Of a stretch of 63,101 nucleotides of DNA, positions 7,171 to 16,127 are shown in pieces. Positions within the stretch are counted from its first letter, which is position 1; each line of letters begins with the position of its first letter. The position numbers were made by a program, and so were the translations under genes. The stretch is from IMG/VR virus record IMGVR_UViG_3300035667_000002. One strand, written 5' to 3'. Source of the DNA: a virus. The notes under the pieces were generated by a model. The model saw only the letters and a list, made by a program, of their open reading frames with translations. It made no database searches and was not told the origin of the DNA.

Positions 7171-9092
7171 CCGTGGCAATCCTCAAGCGCCGAGCGGGCA
7201 AGGCGGCGCGCCGGAGCACGGTGACCGGCGCTACCGCCATGGTCACGATGGACGGCTCCTGGAAGACGTGGAAGTTCGGCAACCGGGACTGGCAGATCGA
7301 GGGCTGGCGGCTGTACGACATCGTCGGTGAGGAGCGCTTCCTGGCCAACTGGGTAGGCGACGCCGTGTCACAGGCCCGGCTGTACGTCACCGAGGTTGAC
7401 GAACGCGGCGAAGAGCAGGGCGAGGTTGCCGAGGAGCGGATCAGTCGTCTGGCTGCCGTACCGCTCGGCACCGGAGCCCAGCGCGATGACAACCTGCGCT
7501 TGGCCGGTGTGGACCTGGCCGTGGGCGGTGAGTGTTGGGTCGTGGGCGAGGGTGCCGCACTGAACCCCGAGGCATCCGAGGGTGCCTGGTTCGTCGTGAC
7601 CGGCGCGAGCCTCAAGTCCCAGGGCGGGATCGTCAAGGTCAAGCGTCCGCACACCCAAGGCGATGGTGGCTGGTTCGAGCTGACCGAGGGTGTCGACATC
7701 CTCGCCCGCTGCTGGCGCCCACACCCGAACGACACGGACCAGGCCGACTCGCCTACCCGCTCGGCCATTCCGCCGTTGCGTGAGATCGAGCTGTTGACCA
7801 AGCGCGAGTTCGCCGAGCTGGACTCGCGGCTGACCGGCGCTGGCGTCTGGTTCCTCCCCGAAGGGATCGACTTCCCGCGCGCGGCCGAGGACCCTCCCGG
7901 CATCGCGGGGTTCATGGCGTACACCCAGCGCGCTGCCGCCGCGTCGATCAAAGACCAGTCCAGCGCGTCCGCACTCGTGCCGATCATGGCCACCGTGCCG
8001 GACGGGACCGACCTCACCGCGCTCAAGGACGGCCTGATCAACTTCTGGTCCCCCCTGAGCGCCGAGATCGGCGACATGCGGGACAAGGCGATCGTGCGTC
8101 TGGCCTCCAGCTACGAGATCCCCAACGAGGTCCTGCTGGGCCTGAGCACGGCCAACCACTGGACCGCCTGGGCTATCAGCGAGGACGGGATCAAGCGGAT
8201 CAAGCCCTACTTGGCCACGATCGCGGACACGCTCACCCGGTGGTTCCTACGGCCGGCGCTGGCCAAGATGGGTGTCAAGAACCCCGAGCGCTATGCGTTC
8301 GCGTTCGATACCGCTCCCCTGGCCGTGCGGCCCAACCGCCTGGAGGACGCGACCACCCTGCACGATCGGATGCTGATCAAGGACGTGGAGATGGTCAAGG
8401 CCGCCGCGTTCAGCGAGGAGCAGATGCCGACGCCGGCCGAGCGCGCGATCATGATCCTTCTGCGGGCCATCGACAAGGACCCGCAGCTCTTGACCCAGAC
8501 CACGATCCAGCAGCTCCTCGGCCTGCCCGTCATCGAGGCACCCGAGCCCACGATCGTGCGCGTACCTGGCGAGGTGGGCGACCCCGAGGCCGACGACGAG
8601 GGCCAGGACGCACCCAACGGGGGAACCGCGCCCGAGGTCCCCTCCAGCAACCGCAAGGCCATCACGGCCAGCGCCGATGACGACCTGGCGGCGCGCCTCG
8701 ATGCCCGGATCTCCCTTGCGAGCCTTGCTCCCCCGAGCCCGGAGAAGGTGTTCAACGCCTCGGCCAAGCTGATGATCTACCGGGCTCTTGAGCTGGCCGG
8801 CGGCCGGCTGACCACGCCACAGGAGCGGCGCGGCCGGTGGGTCGAGGTGCCACGTCATGAGCTACACGCACGCGTGGGCCCGATCACGCCCGACAAGGCG
8901 GACAAGGTCACCGAGGGCGCGTGGAACCACGTCGGCGCGGCGGCGGCCGATCTGGGCGTTGACCCGGACCAGCTTCACCGCCTGCTGGCCGGCTACGTGC
9001 ACGAGTTGCTGACCCGGGGCATCCCGCACCACGATGACCTCCTGTACGCGGCTCTGACCGCCGCGCGCCGGCCTGTGGCGGTGGCAGCGTGA
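7167..9092 (+). CDS. portal protein
   Basis: 641 aa. The N-terminal WKFGNRDWQIEGWRLYD region, the size and the position upstream of MuF and the protease are typical of actinophage portals. Confidence 0.85.
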   Translation: MTVAILKRRAGKAARRSTVTGATAMVTMDGSWKTWKFGNRDWQIEGWRLYDIVGEERFLANWVGDAVSQARLYVTEVDERGEEQGEVAEERISRLAAVPLGTGAQRDDNLRLAGVDLAVGGECWVVGEGAALNPEASEGAWFVVTGASLKSQGGIVKVKRPHTQGDGGWFELTEGVDILARCWRPHPNDTDQADSPTRSAIPPLREIELLTKREFAELDSRLTGAGVWFLPEGIDFPRAAEDPPGIAGFMAYTQRAAAASIKDQSSASALVPIMATVPDGTDLTALKDGLINFWSPLSAEIGDMRDKAIVRLASSYEIPNEVLLGLSTANHWTAWAISEDGIKRIKPYLATIADTLTRWFLRPALAKMGVKNPERYAFAFDTAPLAVRPNRLEDATTLHDRMLIKDVEMVKAAAFSEEQMPTPAERAIMILLRAIDKDPQLLTQTTIQQLLGLPVIEAPEPTIVRVPGEVGDPEADDEGQDAPNGGTAPEVPSSNRKAITASADDDLAARLDARISLASLAPPSPEKVFNASAKLMIYRALELAGGRLTTPQERRGRWVEVPRHELHARVGPITPDKADKVTEGAWNHVGAAAADLGVDPDQLHRLLAGYVHELLTRGIPHHDDLLYAALTAARRPVAVAA

Positions 9093-9346
9093 GCGAGTTC
9101 GACACCGCGCCGCGCCGGCCAGCGTTCGAGCGCGAGCACAAGGTCTGGCACGCGTTCGAGCGGTACGGGTGGTGCGCGCCGGCCGAGGCCGAGGTGGCCG
9201 AGGCCCAGAGCCGCGTCTCGACCGTTCTCCAGGCCGAGGCCCTGCTCCCCCCGGGGTATCACGTCGTGTACGACACCACGCCCGTCCACCGGCCGCTCTC
9301 GGCCGACGTGGCCCGCGAGTGGCGAGCCAAGGGGCAGGACCGGTGA
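9089..9346 (+). CDS. hypothetical protein
   Basis: GTGA overlap with the portal gene. 85 aa. Confidence 0.5.
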   Translation: MSEFDTAPRRPAFEREHKVWHAFERYGWCAPAEAEVAEAQSRVSTVLQAEALLPPGYHVVYDTTPVHRPLSADVAREWRAKGQDR

Positions 9347-10170
9347 GCGCGCCGGTGTGGTCCGGCCGGGGCCGTGACCCGTGGATGCCCCAACGCCTGG
9401 ACTCGCGGATCGAGGCGGCCAGCGCCGAGGAGAAGATCCGCCGCGCGGTGTGGGCGGCGCTCTCGGACTGGCTCACCCAGACCAGCCGGCGCGTGGTCCG
9501 TGGCGACCGGCCACCGGACCTCGATGCCATCTGGGCGCGCGTTCCCGCGTGGCGCGATGCCGTGGAGGCGATCGTCTACCGGGGTGCGATCTACGAGGCT
9601 CTCCAGTCGGCGTACCGCGCGATCTTCGGTGCTGACTTCCCCTGGGACAAGCGGGTGTTCGTGACCCGCTACCTGACCGAGGTCACGAACCGCCTGGTCC
9701 GGGTGCCGGACGAGGTGTTCGACCTCGTAGCCGGCCAGATCGCGCAGGGTGCCGGCCTGGGCGAGACGCTCTCCAAGATCGTCAAGCGTGTTGACACTGT
9801 CCTGTCAACTACCGAGACACCGCGCTGGCAGAACCGGGCCGTGGTCATCGCCCGCACCGAGACGATCGGCGCGCTCAACGGCGGCCGGCTCGACGCGTTC
9901 CGCGCGTTCGCCGAGGACGAGGACGAGGAGCTGGAGAAGCTCTGGCTCAGCACCAGCGACAGCCGGACCAGGCCGACCCACCGGGCGGCCGACCAGCAGC
10001 GCACCCCGCTCGGGATGCCGTTCCTGGTGGGCGGGTTCTCGATCGAGTTCCCCGGTGACCCGATGGGCCCGGCCCAAGAGGTGATTCAGTGCCGTTGCAC
10101 CATGCTGTTGGTGGAGCCCGGTGAAGAGGTCAGCCTCACCAACCGACAGATGAAGCGTGCCGCCCGTTAA
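9343..10170 (+). CDS. MuF-like head morphogenesis (minor capsid) protein
   Basis: GTGA overlap. Contains ARTET...SRTRPTHRAADQQ...QCRCT, the SPP1 gp7/MuF C-terminal signature. Confidence 0.8.
   Translation: MSAPVWSGRGRDPWMPQRLDSRIEAASAEEKIRRAVWAALSDWLTQTSRRVVRGDRPPDLDAIWARVPAWRDAVEAIVYRGAIYEALQSAYRAIFGADFPWDKRVFVTRYLTEVTNRLVRVPDEVFDLVAGQIAQGAGLGETLSKIVKRVDTVLSTTETPRWQNRAVVIARTETIGALNGGRLDAFRAFAEDEDEELEKLWLSTSDSRTRPTHRAADQQRTPLGMPFLVGGFSIEFPGDPMGPAQEVIQCRCTMLLVEPGEEVSLTNRQMKRAAR
9791..9808. promoter_or_regulatory. intragenic operator-like palindrome
   Basis: TTGACActgtccTGTCAA, with perfect 6-bp arms, in the MuF gene. Codons are gtt gac act gtc ctg tca act. Confidence 0.45.
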
Positions 10171-10193
10171 CCTGGGCGCGAGGAGAGTGAGAC

Positions 10194-11645
10194 ATGGGCA
10201 CCAAGTTCCGCACGATGCTCGCGCCGATCAACCGGTCCACGGGTGACGGCCGACGGTTCGCCACCGACTCGATGAGCGTTGCGGACACGCCGTTCCCGTT
10301 CGAGTGGGTGCGCGAGCGCCAGGGCGGCCACGATGGCGCGGTGGCGGTGGGCGTGGTCCAGCAGGCGGCGGTTATGTCCGTCGGCAAGGCCATTGACCAG
10401 GGGTTCATCTCCCCCGAGGCGGCCAACCGGTTGGGCCTGGACCACTCCGCGATGGGCGTGTTCGGTCAGGGCGAACTGTTCGATGACGCGGACCGCGAGA
10501 CCATGCCCCAACTGGCCGAGGACGTGGCCACCGTGCTGCACCTCGCGGACCAGGGCATCCTCGGCCCGAGCGTCGACCTCGACTCGTTCGAGGCCGTACC
10601 GGTCGAGGTCGGCTCCGACGTCCCGGTGACCTGGGACCGGATGATGGAGGCCGAGGACAAGGGCGAGGAACTCAAGCTCGAACTTCTGATCACCGCCGGC
10701 CGTGTGCGCGCGGGCACCCTCGTGACCATTCCCGCGTTCGTGGAGACGTCGGCCCCACTGGAGCTGATCCAGCCGGAGGGAGCCGAGGCCACGGCCGAGG
10801 AGACCGCCGCGCTGGTGGCCAGCATCGCCACGGACACCTGGACGCCGGACGCGACGATGTTCGAGCCCGAGCCGCTCACCGGCCTGACCGAGGTCACCTA
10901 CGACTGGGAGCGTGGCAAGGTCTACGGCCACGTTGCCCCGCACGGAACCTGTCACGTCGGGTTCCGGGACACGTGCGTCACTCCCCCCGTGGACCCTACG
11001 GGCGCGTACGCGCGGATGCACCGGTACCCGGTCGAGACCGCCGATGGCGGGATCGTCTGGGCGGGCAGGCTCAGCGTGGGCGGCCGGCACCCCGAGTTGA
11101 ACCTCACCGCGTCCCAGGCGGTGGCCCAGTACGAGGGCAAGACCACGGCGGCGCACATCGTGGTGCGCGAGGACGCGTTCGGGTTCTCGATCAACGGCCC
11201 GATCAACCCCGCGTTGACCGAGGGCGAGCGTCTGGTCCTGGAGCGGCGCACCGCCACGGGCGAGCGTCCGGTCTCCGGCGACTGGCGGGAGTACCCCGAG
11301 GGTCTGAGCATGATCGACGTGCTGGCCTTGTCCCCCGGGCCGCGCCAGCACTCGGAGCCTGGCTTCCCGGTGACCACGTACGTGCGCAACGGTCGCCAGG
11401 TGGCGCTCACCGCGTCGTTCGGCCTGGGCGCGCTGGCCAGCAAGGCCACCAGCCCGGCCGAACTCCAGGCGGCCATCCGGGCCACCATGCGCGCCGAGAA
11501 CGAGCGCGAGCGGGCTCTGGCGGCGCTGCGCGAGGCCGTCACCGTGGATGAGGCCGCTCGCGCGGCCGAGGCTCGCGCCGCGCTCGCGGCCGAGATCGAG
11601 AGCGGCTCGGGCGCGGCGGCGCGCGAGTGCGAGAAAGAGGGGTAA
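10194..11645 (+). CDS. capsid maturation protease with C-terminal scaffold-like coil
   Basis: N-terminal LAPINRSTGDGRRF...GGHDGAVAVG resembles the HK97-type prohead protease. The C-terminus is an Ala/Glu/Arg-rich coil. Confidence 0.7.
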   Translation: MGTKFRTMLAPINRSTGDGRRFATDSMSVADTPFPFEWVRERQGGHDGAVAVGVVQQAAVMSVGKAIDQGFISPEAANRLGLDHSAMGVFGQGELFDDADRETMPQLAEDVATVLHLADQGILGPSVDLDSFEAVPVEVGSDVPVTWDRMMEAEDKGEELKLELLITAGRVRAGTLVTIPAFVETSAPLELIQPEGAEATAEETAALVASIATDTWTPDATMFEPEPLTGLTEVTYDWERGKVYGHVAPHGTCHVGFRDTCVTPPVDPTGAYARMHRYPVETADGGIVWAGRLSVGGRHPELNLTASQAVAQYEGKTTAAHIVVREDAFGFSINGPINPALTEGERLVLERRTATGERPVSGDWREYPEGLSMIDVLALSPGPRQHSEPGFPVTTYVRNGRQVALTASFGLGALASKATSPAELQAAIRATMRAENERERALAALREAVTVDEAARAAEARAALAAEIESGSGAAARECEKEG

Positions 11646-11649
11646 CACG

Positions 11650-11799
11650 ATGGCGTGTGCGTGTGGGGGGAAGAAGGCCAAGGCCAGGGAGGCCACCGTC
11701 TCGGTCAAACTCCCGGGCGGGACGCTGGTCAGCAAGAACACCCAGGCAGCGGCCGAGGCGTTCGTCCGGACCCATCCGGGTGCGAAGATCGTTCCGTGA
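11650..11799 (+). CDS. small protein (49 aa)
   Basis: ATG lies 5 nt after the protease stop. High GC3. Followed by hairpin 11852..11887. Confidence 0.45.
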   Translation: MACACGGKKAKAREATVSVKLPGGTLVSKNTQAAAEAFVRTHPGAKIVP

Positions 11800-11851
11800 G
11801 ACGGCGCAACCGGCCCGAGTGCCGGCGGTGCTCCAGCGGAGCCGATACGTA

Positions 11852-11887
11852 GAGAGGCCAGTCACCCGATCGGGTGGCTGGCCTCTC
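11852..11887. terminator. bidirectional hairpin
   Basis: GAGAGGCCAG...CTGGCCTCTC between convergent genes. Confidence 0.55.
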
Positions 11888-11895
11888 TCACGCGC

Positions 11896-12561
11896 TCACC
11901 ACTTGCTGGCGCACGTCTTGCCCATCATCCGCTCGATCGAGTCCTCGTCGGTCAGGACCCGGCCGCACCGCACGCACACCCCGTAGAGCGCACCGAACTC
12001 TTTGGCCTGCTCAATGGTCATCTTGTGGGCGGGAGTGAGCTTGGTGACCGCACCGGGGGTGTAGGCCCATCCGGCGGCCTGGCCCTTGATCTCCGGGACC
12101 ACCAGGAGCTTGGCGTACTGCTGGCTGGAGCCGTGGACCGCGTGCTGGACCTTGTAGATCGAGCCGTCCAGGAGGTAGATCCCGTCCTCCAGCTTGACCG
12201 GCGCGGCCGGCCCGGCCTTGGGGGCGCTCTTGAGCCGGGCCAGGGTGGCGTCCACATCGCGGAACAGGACCGTCCGGGCGTCCAGGTCGATCCCGCGCTC
12301 GGCGGCCAGGTTGCGCATGAACCGCTGCTGACCTTCGGTGGCCATCCGCTCGGCGGCCGGCGGGGCCTCCACGGGCACGAGGTCCAGGAGGTCGGCCTCG
12401 TAGCTCTCGCGCTCCCGGTCGGCCAGGTGCTGCTCCGCCGCATTGTCGTCGGCCTCGGGGGTCCAGGTGCCCCACACCGCGCGGCGGGTGGCGTCCGAGA
12501 CGTTCGAGCGGAGCGACGGGACCTGAATCCCCTTGTAGGCGGTGGTGATCATGCGAGTCAT
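11896..12561 (-). CDS. DUF6011-type protein
   Basis: GGAGGG RBS and promoter 12599..12627. C-terminal YGVCVRCGRVLTDEDSIERMMGKTCA matches my memory of DUF6011. Confidence 0.6.
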   Translation of the reverse strand: MTRMITTAYKGIQVPSLRSNVSDATRRAVWGTWTPEADDNAAEQHLADRERESYEADLLDLVPVEAPPAAERMATEGQQRFMRNLAAERGIDLDARTVLFRDVDATLARLKSAPKAGPAAPVKLEDGIYLLDGSIYKVQHAVHGSSQQYAKLLVVPEIKGQAAGWAYTPGAVTKLTPAHKMTIEQAKEFGALYGVCVRCGRVLTDEDSIERMMGKTCASKW

Positions 12562-12598
12562 TGTGTGTCCCTCCGGGTCGGTGTGCCTTACACCCAGA

Positions 12599-12627
12599 AC
12601 ATTACAGGCATGGCGGTTAAGTGTCAA
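12599..12627 (-). promoter_or_regulatory. conserved promoter
   Basis: TTGACActtaaccgccatgcctgTAATGT, an identical 29-mer to 12952..12980. Confidence 0.7.
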
Positions 12628-12640
12628 CCCCCAAAATGAA

Positions 12641-12666
12641 GCGGGCCCGAGTTGCCTCGGGCCCGC
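12641..12666 (-). terminator. hairpin terminator
   Basis: GCGGGCCCGAG-ttgc-CTCGGGCCCGC, after 12671..12895. Confidence 0.55.
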
Positions 12667-12670
12667 GTTC

Positions 12671-12895
12671 TCAGAGAACCTCTCGCGTGGTGTCGGTGAT
12701 CGTGACGTTGATCGAGTTGCCCCGGGCCGCGTCCTCGATGGCCGCCAGGAACTCGGTCACCTCGTCCTTGTCCCGGGTCCGGGTGGTCACCTGGCGGTTG
12801 CGGCCGGCGGTGGTGTCCCGCACGTCCACGAAGTACCGGCCGGCCACGCTCGGGTTGGTGCTCAGGGAGATCGTGACGCTCATGGTTCGGTTCAT
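12671..12895 (-). CDS. hypothetical protein (74 aa)
   Basis: GAGAGG RBS, promoter 12952..12980 and terminator 12641..12666. Confidence 0.5.
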   Translation of the reverse strand: MNRTMSVTISLSTNPSVAGRYFVDVRDTTAGRNRQVTTRTRDKDEVTEFLAAIEDAARGNSINVTITDTTREVL

Positions 12896-12951
12896 CGGTG
12901 TTCCTCTCGCTCTCGCTCTGGAGTTGTGTCCCGCTCGGCCTTGCACTGACT

Positions 12952-12980
12952 ACATTACAGGCATGGCGGTTAAGTGTCAA
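12952..12980 (-). promoter_or_regulatory. conserved promoter
   Basis: TTGACActtaaccgccatgcctgTAATGT. Confidence 0.7.
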
Positions 12981-12993
12981 GGCCCAGACGAAA

Positions 12994-13013
12994 GCGGCCC
13001 CCGGAGGGGCCGC
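12994..13013 (-). terminator. hairpin terminator
   Basis: GCGGCCCC-cgga-GGGGCCGC, after 13023..13286. Confidence 0.5.
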
Positions 13014-13022
13014 TCGCTTCGT

Positions 13023-13286
13023 TCACCAGATGCCGCGCTGCCCGGCCATCTGCTCCTCTAGCAGGGTGTCCTGCCAGCCCCGGTTCTCCAGGTGGCGGAC
13101 CAGCGCACCCTCGGCCCAAATCTCGGCCGCGTTGTCGAGTTCCATCTGGGCGGTGAGCTGGTAGCAGGTCCGGACGCTGGTGACGTTCGCGTGGTAGGTC
13201 CGGTCCTCGGGGTGGTGGTTCCCGCACTTCACTCCGCCGGCCGTGGCCTTGACCTCGTACGCGCCCACTAGCTCGATCTCGTTCAT
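13023..13286 (-). CDS. hypothetical protein (87 aa)
   Basis: GAGAGGAA RBS, promoter 13341..13369 and terminator 12994..13013. Confidence 0.55.
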   Translation of the reverse strand: MNEIELVGAYEVKATAGGVKCGNHHPEDRTYHANVTSVRTCYQLTAQMELDNAAEIWAEGALVRHLENRGWQDTLLEEQMAGQRGIW

Positions 13287-13340
13287 TGTTGGTGTTCCTC
13301 TCGCTCTGGAGTTTTTGTCCCGCTCTGCCTTACAAAGAGA

Positions 13341-13369
13341 ACATTACAGGTATGACGGTGAAGTGTCAA
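13341..13369 (-). promoter_or_regulatory. conserved promoter
   Basis: TTGACActtcaccgtcatacctgTAATGT. Confidence 0.7.
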
Positions 13370-13412
13370 GCCCTCCGACCAGCCCTTTTTCGGGGGCATC
13401 CTGGCCAGAGTG

Positions 13413-13420
13413 TCCTAGGA
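13413..13420. promoter_or_regulatory. isolated TCCTAGGA box upstream of the capsid gene
   Basis: gagtgTCCTAGGAcgctg lies within the small inverted repeat CCAGAGT...ACTCTGG, 100 nt before ATG 13520. Confidence 0.4.
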
Positions 13421-13519
13421 CGCTGCTACTCTGGCGCCCAGATACCTGGCGTCTGGTTTCGCTCCGGCTAGGGGTCACCGCAACTGTGATCGACTGATGA
13501 CTCCCCGAGGAGCCCAGCA

Positions 13520-15238
13520 ATGGAGTTCGAGTTCCCGTTCGAGGTCCCAGCGGACCTCAAGGCGTTGGACGCTGGCGCGTTCGCCGCATTCCAGACCCAG
13601 GTCCGGACCTTCGCCCAGAGCACCCTCGCGGACGAGGCCAGCACCCCCGAGGCACTCGTGGCCACGCGGGAGCTGTTCGCACTCGTCGCCACCGAGGACA
13701 CCCGCCGGACCACCCTGGCCACCGCCGCCGCCGCCGCTCGCACTGAGCTGGCCGCCGGCCTGGCGCCCGTCGAGGTCCCGGCCGTTGTCGAGCCCGTGGC
13801 CGTGGTGGTCCCGGCTGTCACCGAGCCCGTGGCCGTTGTCGAGCCCGTGGCCGTGGTCGCCAGCACCGGCACCGCTACCGCGACGCTGGACGTGGTCCCC
13901 GAGACCGTGGCTCCGGTCACCGCGCGCCTGATCGTCGGCAACGACTCGCCGAACGTCGGCGCGGAGATCGGTTCGTTCGGCGAGGTCGGCGAGATCATCA
14001 ACCGCCGCCTTGGCAACTACTCGTCCAGCTCGGGCAAGCGCAAGGGCGTCAAGACCCTGAACAAGGCCGGCACCAAGGTTGTGATCAACGGTCGCAACAT
14101 GGTCCGGCACAGCAACGTGTCCGTGGCCCGCGAGTTCCCGGCGGACCTTCGGATCACCGACGGTGGCGCTAAGCCCATGGCCGTGCTGGAGCACGCCATG
14201 GATGAGTACCGCCTCCCCGGTGGCAACCTGCGCAACTCGGCCGCCGCGCTGATCAAGAGCGGCAAGGCCCTGACCGCCGCCGTGGGCTGGTGTGCCCCGT
14301 CGGAGATCATCTACGACCTGTGCATGTTGGAGACCCGCGAGGGCATCCTGGACCTCCCCGAGATCCAGGCATCGCGCGGCGGCTTCCAGATCCCGATCGA
14401 GGGTGGCCCGGACTTCTCGGTCATCTGGGACAGCATCGGCGACGACGGAGACGTGATCCTCACGGAGTACGACGTCGAGCAGGGCACGGACAAGGTCTGC
14501 ACGATCATCCCTTGCCCCCCGTTCGAGGACGTGCGCCTGGACGTGGCGTACCTCTGCCTGACCGGCTCGCTGCTCCAGAGTCGTGGCTACCCCGAGGCGG
14601 TCACCCGCTTCACCCAGGGCGCGCTCATCGCGCTCGACCACAAGGTGAACCAGTCGGTCATCTCCCGGATCGCGGCGGCCAGCACCCAGGCCGGCACCAT
14701 CCCGACGATCTCCGGCTCGGACGACGCGGCTTCCCAGCTCCTCTCGGCTATCGAGGTCGCGATCGAGGACATCAAGTACCGCAACCGGATGGGCCGCGCG
14801 ACCACGATGGAGATCGTGCTCCCGGCCTGGGTCATCGCGCCGATCCGCGCGGCTCTCGCGCGTCGTCGGGGCACCGGCTCCTGGAACGTCTCGGACGCCG
14901 AGATCCTCGCCGCGTTCACCACCCGCAACGCGGTCCCGCGCTTCGTGTACGACTGGCAGGACGCGTACAGCGGCCTGTCCGGCGGCCCCGGCGCGGCAAC
15001 CCCGATCCTGGAGTTCCCCGACACGGTCTCGTTCCTGGCCTACCCGGCCGGGACCTGGGTCAAGGGCGTCCGTGACGTCATCAACCTGGACACCGTGTAC
15101 GACAACGCCATGCTGACGGAGAACCAGTACACCGCGCTGTTCACCGAGGACGGTTTCTCGGTCATGCAGATGTGCGTGGACTCGCGCCTCTACACGGTCG
15201 GCATCGACCCCGCCGGCATCGTCGGATGCTGCTCCTGA
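13520..15238 (+). CDS. major capsid protein with fused N-terminal scaffold/delta-like domain
   Basis: 572 aa. Helical N-terminus, a Pro/Val-rich linker, then an HK97-fold-like body with the GWCAPSE motif. Lies after the protease. Confidence 0.8.
   Translation: MEFEFPFEVPADLKALDAGAFAAFQTQVRTFAQSTLADEASTPEALVATRELFALVATEDTRRTTLATAAAAARTELAAGLAPVEVPAVVEPVAVVVPAVTEPVAVVEPVAVVASTGTATATLDVVPETVAPVTARLIVGNDSPNVGAEIGSFGEVGEIINRRLGNYSSSSGKRKGVKTLNKAGTKVVINGRNMVRHSNVSVAREFPADLRITDGGAKPMAVLEHAMDEYRLPGGNLRNSAAALIKSGKALTAAVGWCAPSEIIYDLCMLETREGILDLPEIQASRGGFQIPIEGGPDFSVIWDSIGDDGDVILTEYDVEQGTDKVCTIIPCPPFEDVRLDVAYLCLTGSLLQSRGYPEAVTRFTQGALIALDHKVNQSVISRIAAASTQAGTIPTISGSDDAASQLLSAIEVAIEDIKYRNRMGRATTMEIVLPAWVIAPIRAALARRRGTGSWNVSDAEILAAFTTRNAVPRFVYDWQDAYSGLSGGPGAATPILEFPDTVSFLAYPAGTWVKGVRDVINLDTVYDNAMLTENQYTALFTEDGFSVMQMCVDSRLYTVGIDPAGIVGCCS
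13790..13857 (+). repeat. three copies of GAGCCCGTGGCCGT(G/T)GT inside the capsid gene
   Basis: Copies at 13790, 13823 and 13841. They encode the EPVAVV linker repeats. Confidence 0.7.
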
Positions 15239-15296
15239 GCTTGCTCGGGCACGGCCAGACCGACACCCGCGAGACCACGGAAGGTGGTGAACAGAC

Positions 15297-16127
15297 ATGG
15301 CAGTGATCCTGCCCCCGATGCTGGTCGAAACCCCTCGCCCGCTCGGTCGTCGGCCAGGTCTGTTCACCGCCGCCGTGGGCCCGCTGGACTTCACCTCCCC
15401 GCACGGTCAGGGGGGTGGCGTCCAGTTCGAGGAGACCTCGTGCGGTACGGCCTACCCGTACCCGATCAACTGTGATGGTGACCGGCCGAGCAAGCCCTCC
15501 GATGGTGGCGACCCGACGAGCGAGTTCCCCTCGTTCGCGGTGGTGGCCGGCATGGTGTGCGGCGCGCTCGGCTACACCGAGGCCCAGTTCCGGGCCAAGA
15601 TCCTCCAGCGGCTGGAGAACGGTGAGCAGCACGCGGCCGAGGCCGCGCTCTGGACCGGCGAGGGCCTTGAGGGCTCCGCACTGGGCATCCCGAACCTGAC
15701 CGACGACGCTACCGACGTCGGGGCCCTGGTGGCCTACGACCCGGAGCACCTCGTCTCCGTCGTGTCCGCTCTCGAACAGTGGATGTACGGAGAGAACGGC
15801 TACAACTACAACGCGTTCATCCACGCACCGATCGGTGTGGCAGCGTGGGGGAACGCGTTCGGTGAGCTGGTCATCAGGGACGGCAACCTCCTGCGCACCC
15901 CGGCCGGCTCGGTCTGGGTGTTCGGCGGCGGCTACCCGGCCGGTGAAGGCCTGCGCATCACCGGCACCACGACCGTCTACCGGGCGGCCGAGCCGTTCGT
16001 CTACCCGCCGGACCAGACGATGGACCGGCTCAACAACCAGCGCCACCTCGTGGCCGAGCGTGAATACGCGGTGGCGTTCGAGTGCGCCGTGGGCTCGGCT
16101 GACTTCAACCCCCTGGGAGAGTCGTAA
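15297..16127 (+). CDS. virion structural protein (capsid-associated; function uncertain)
   Basis: 276 aa. The LENGEQHAAEAALWTGEG segment resembles capsid-family proteins. Lies next to the capsid gene. Confidence 0.5.
   Translation: MAVILPPMLVETPRPLGRRPGLFTAAVGPLDFTSPHGQGGGVQFEETSCGTAYPYPINCDGDRPSKPSDGGDPTSEFPSFAVVAGMVCGALGYTEAQFRAKILQRLENGEQHAAEAALWTGEGLEGSALGIPNLTDDATDVGALVAYDPEHLVSVVSALEQWMYGENGYNYNAFIHAPIGVAAWGNAFGELVIRDGNLLRTPAGSVWVFGGGYPAGEGLRITGTTTVYRAAEPFVYPPDQTMDRLNNQRHLVAEREYAVAFECAVGSADFNPLGES

Noticed and set aside
13475-15394. 639-aa minus-strand ORF, with similar long antisense ORFs at 23803..25827, 30002..31915, 48176..50392, 10167..11741 and 25898..27616
   Set aside because: These are shadow ORFs opposite well-supported genes (capsid, tape measure, fibre, helicase/coil, protease). 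Their Arg/Gly/Pro/His-rich composition and poor third-position GC are typical of GC-rich antisense frames. None has an RBS or promoter.
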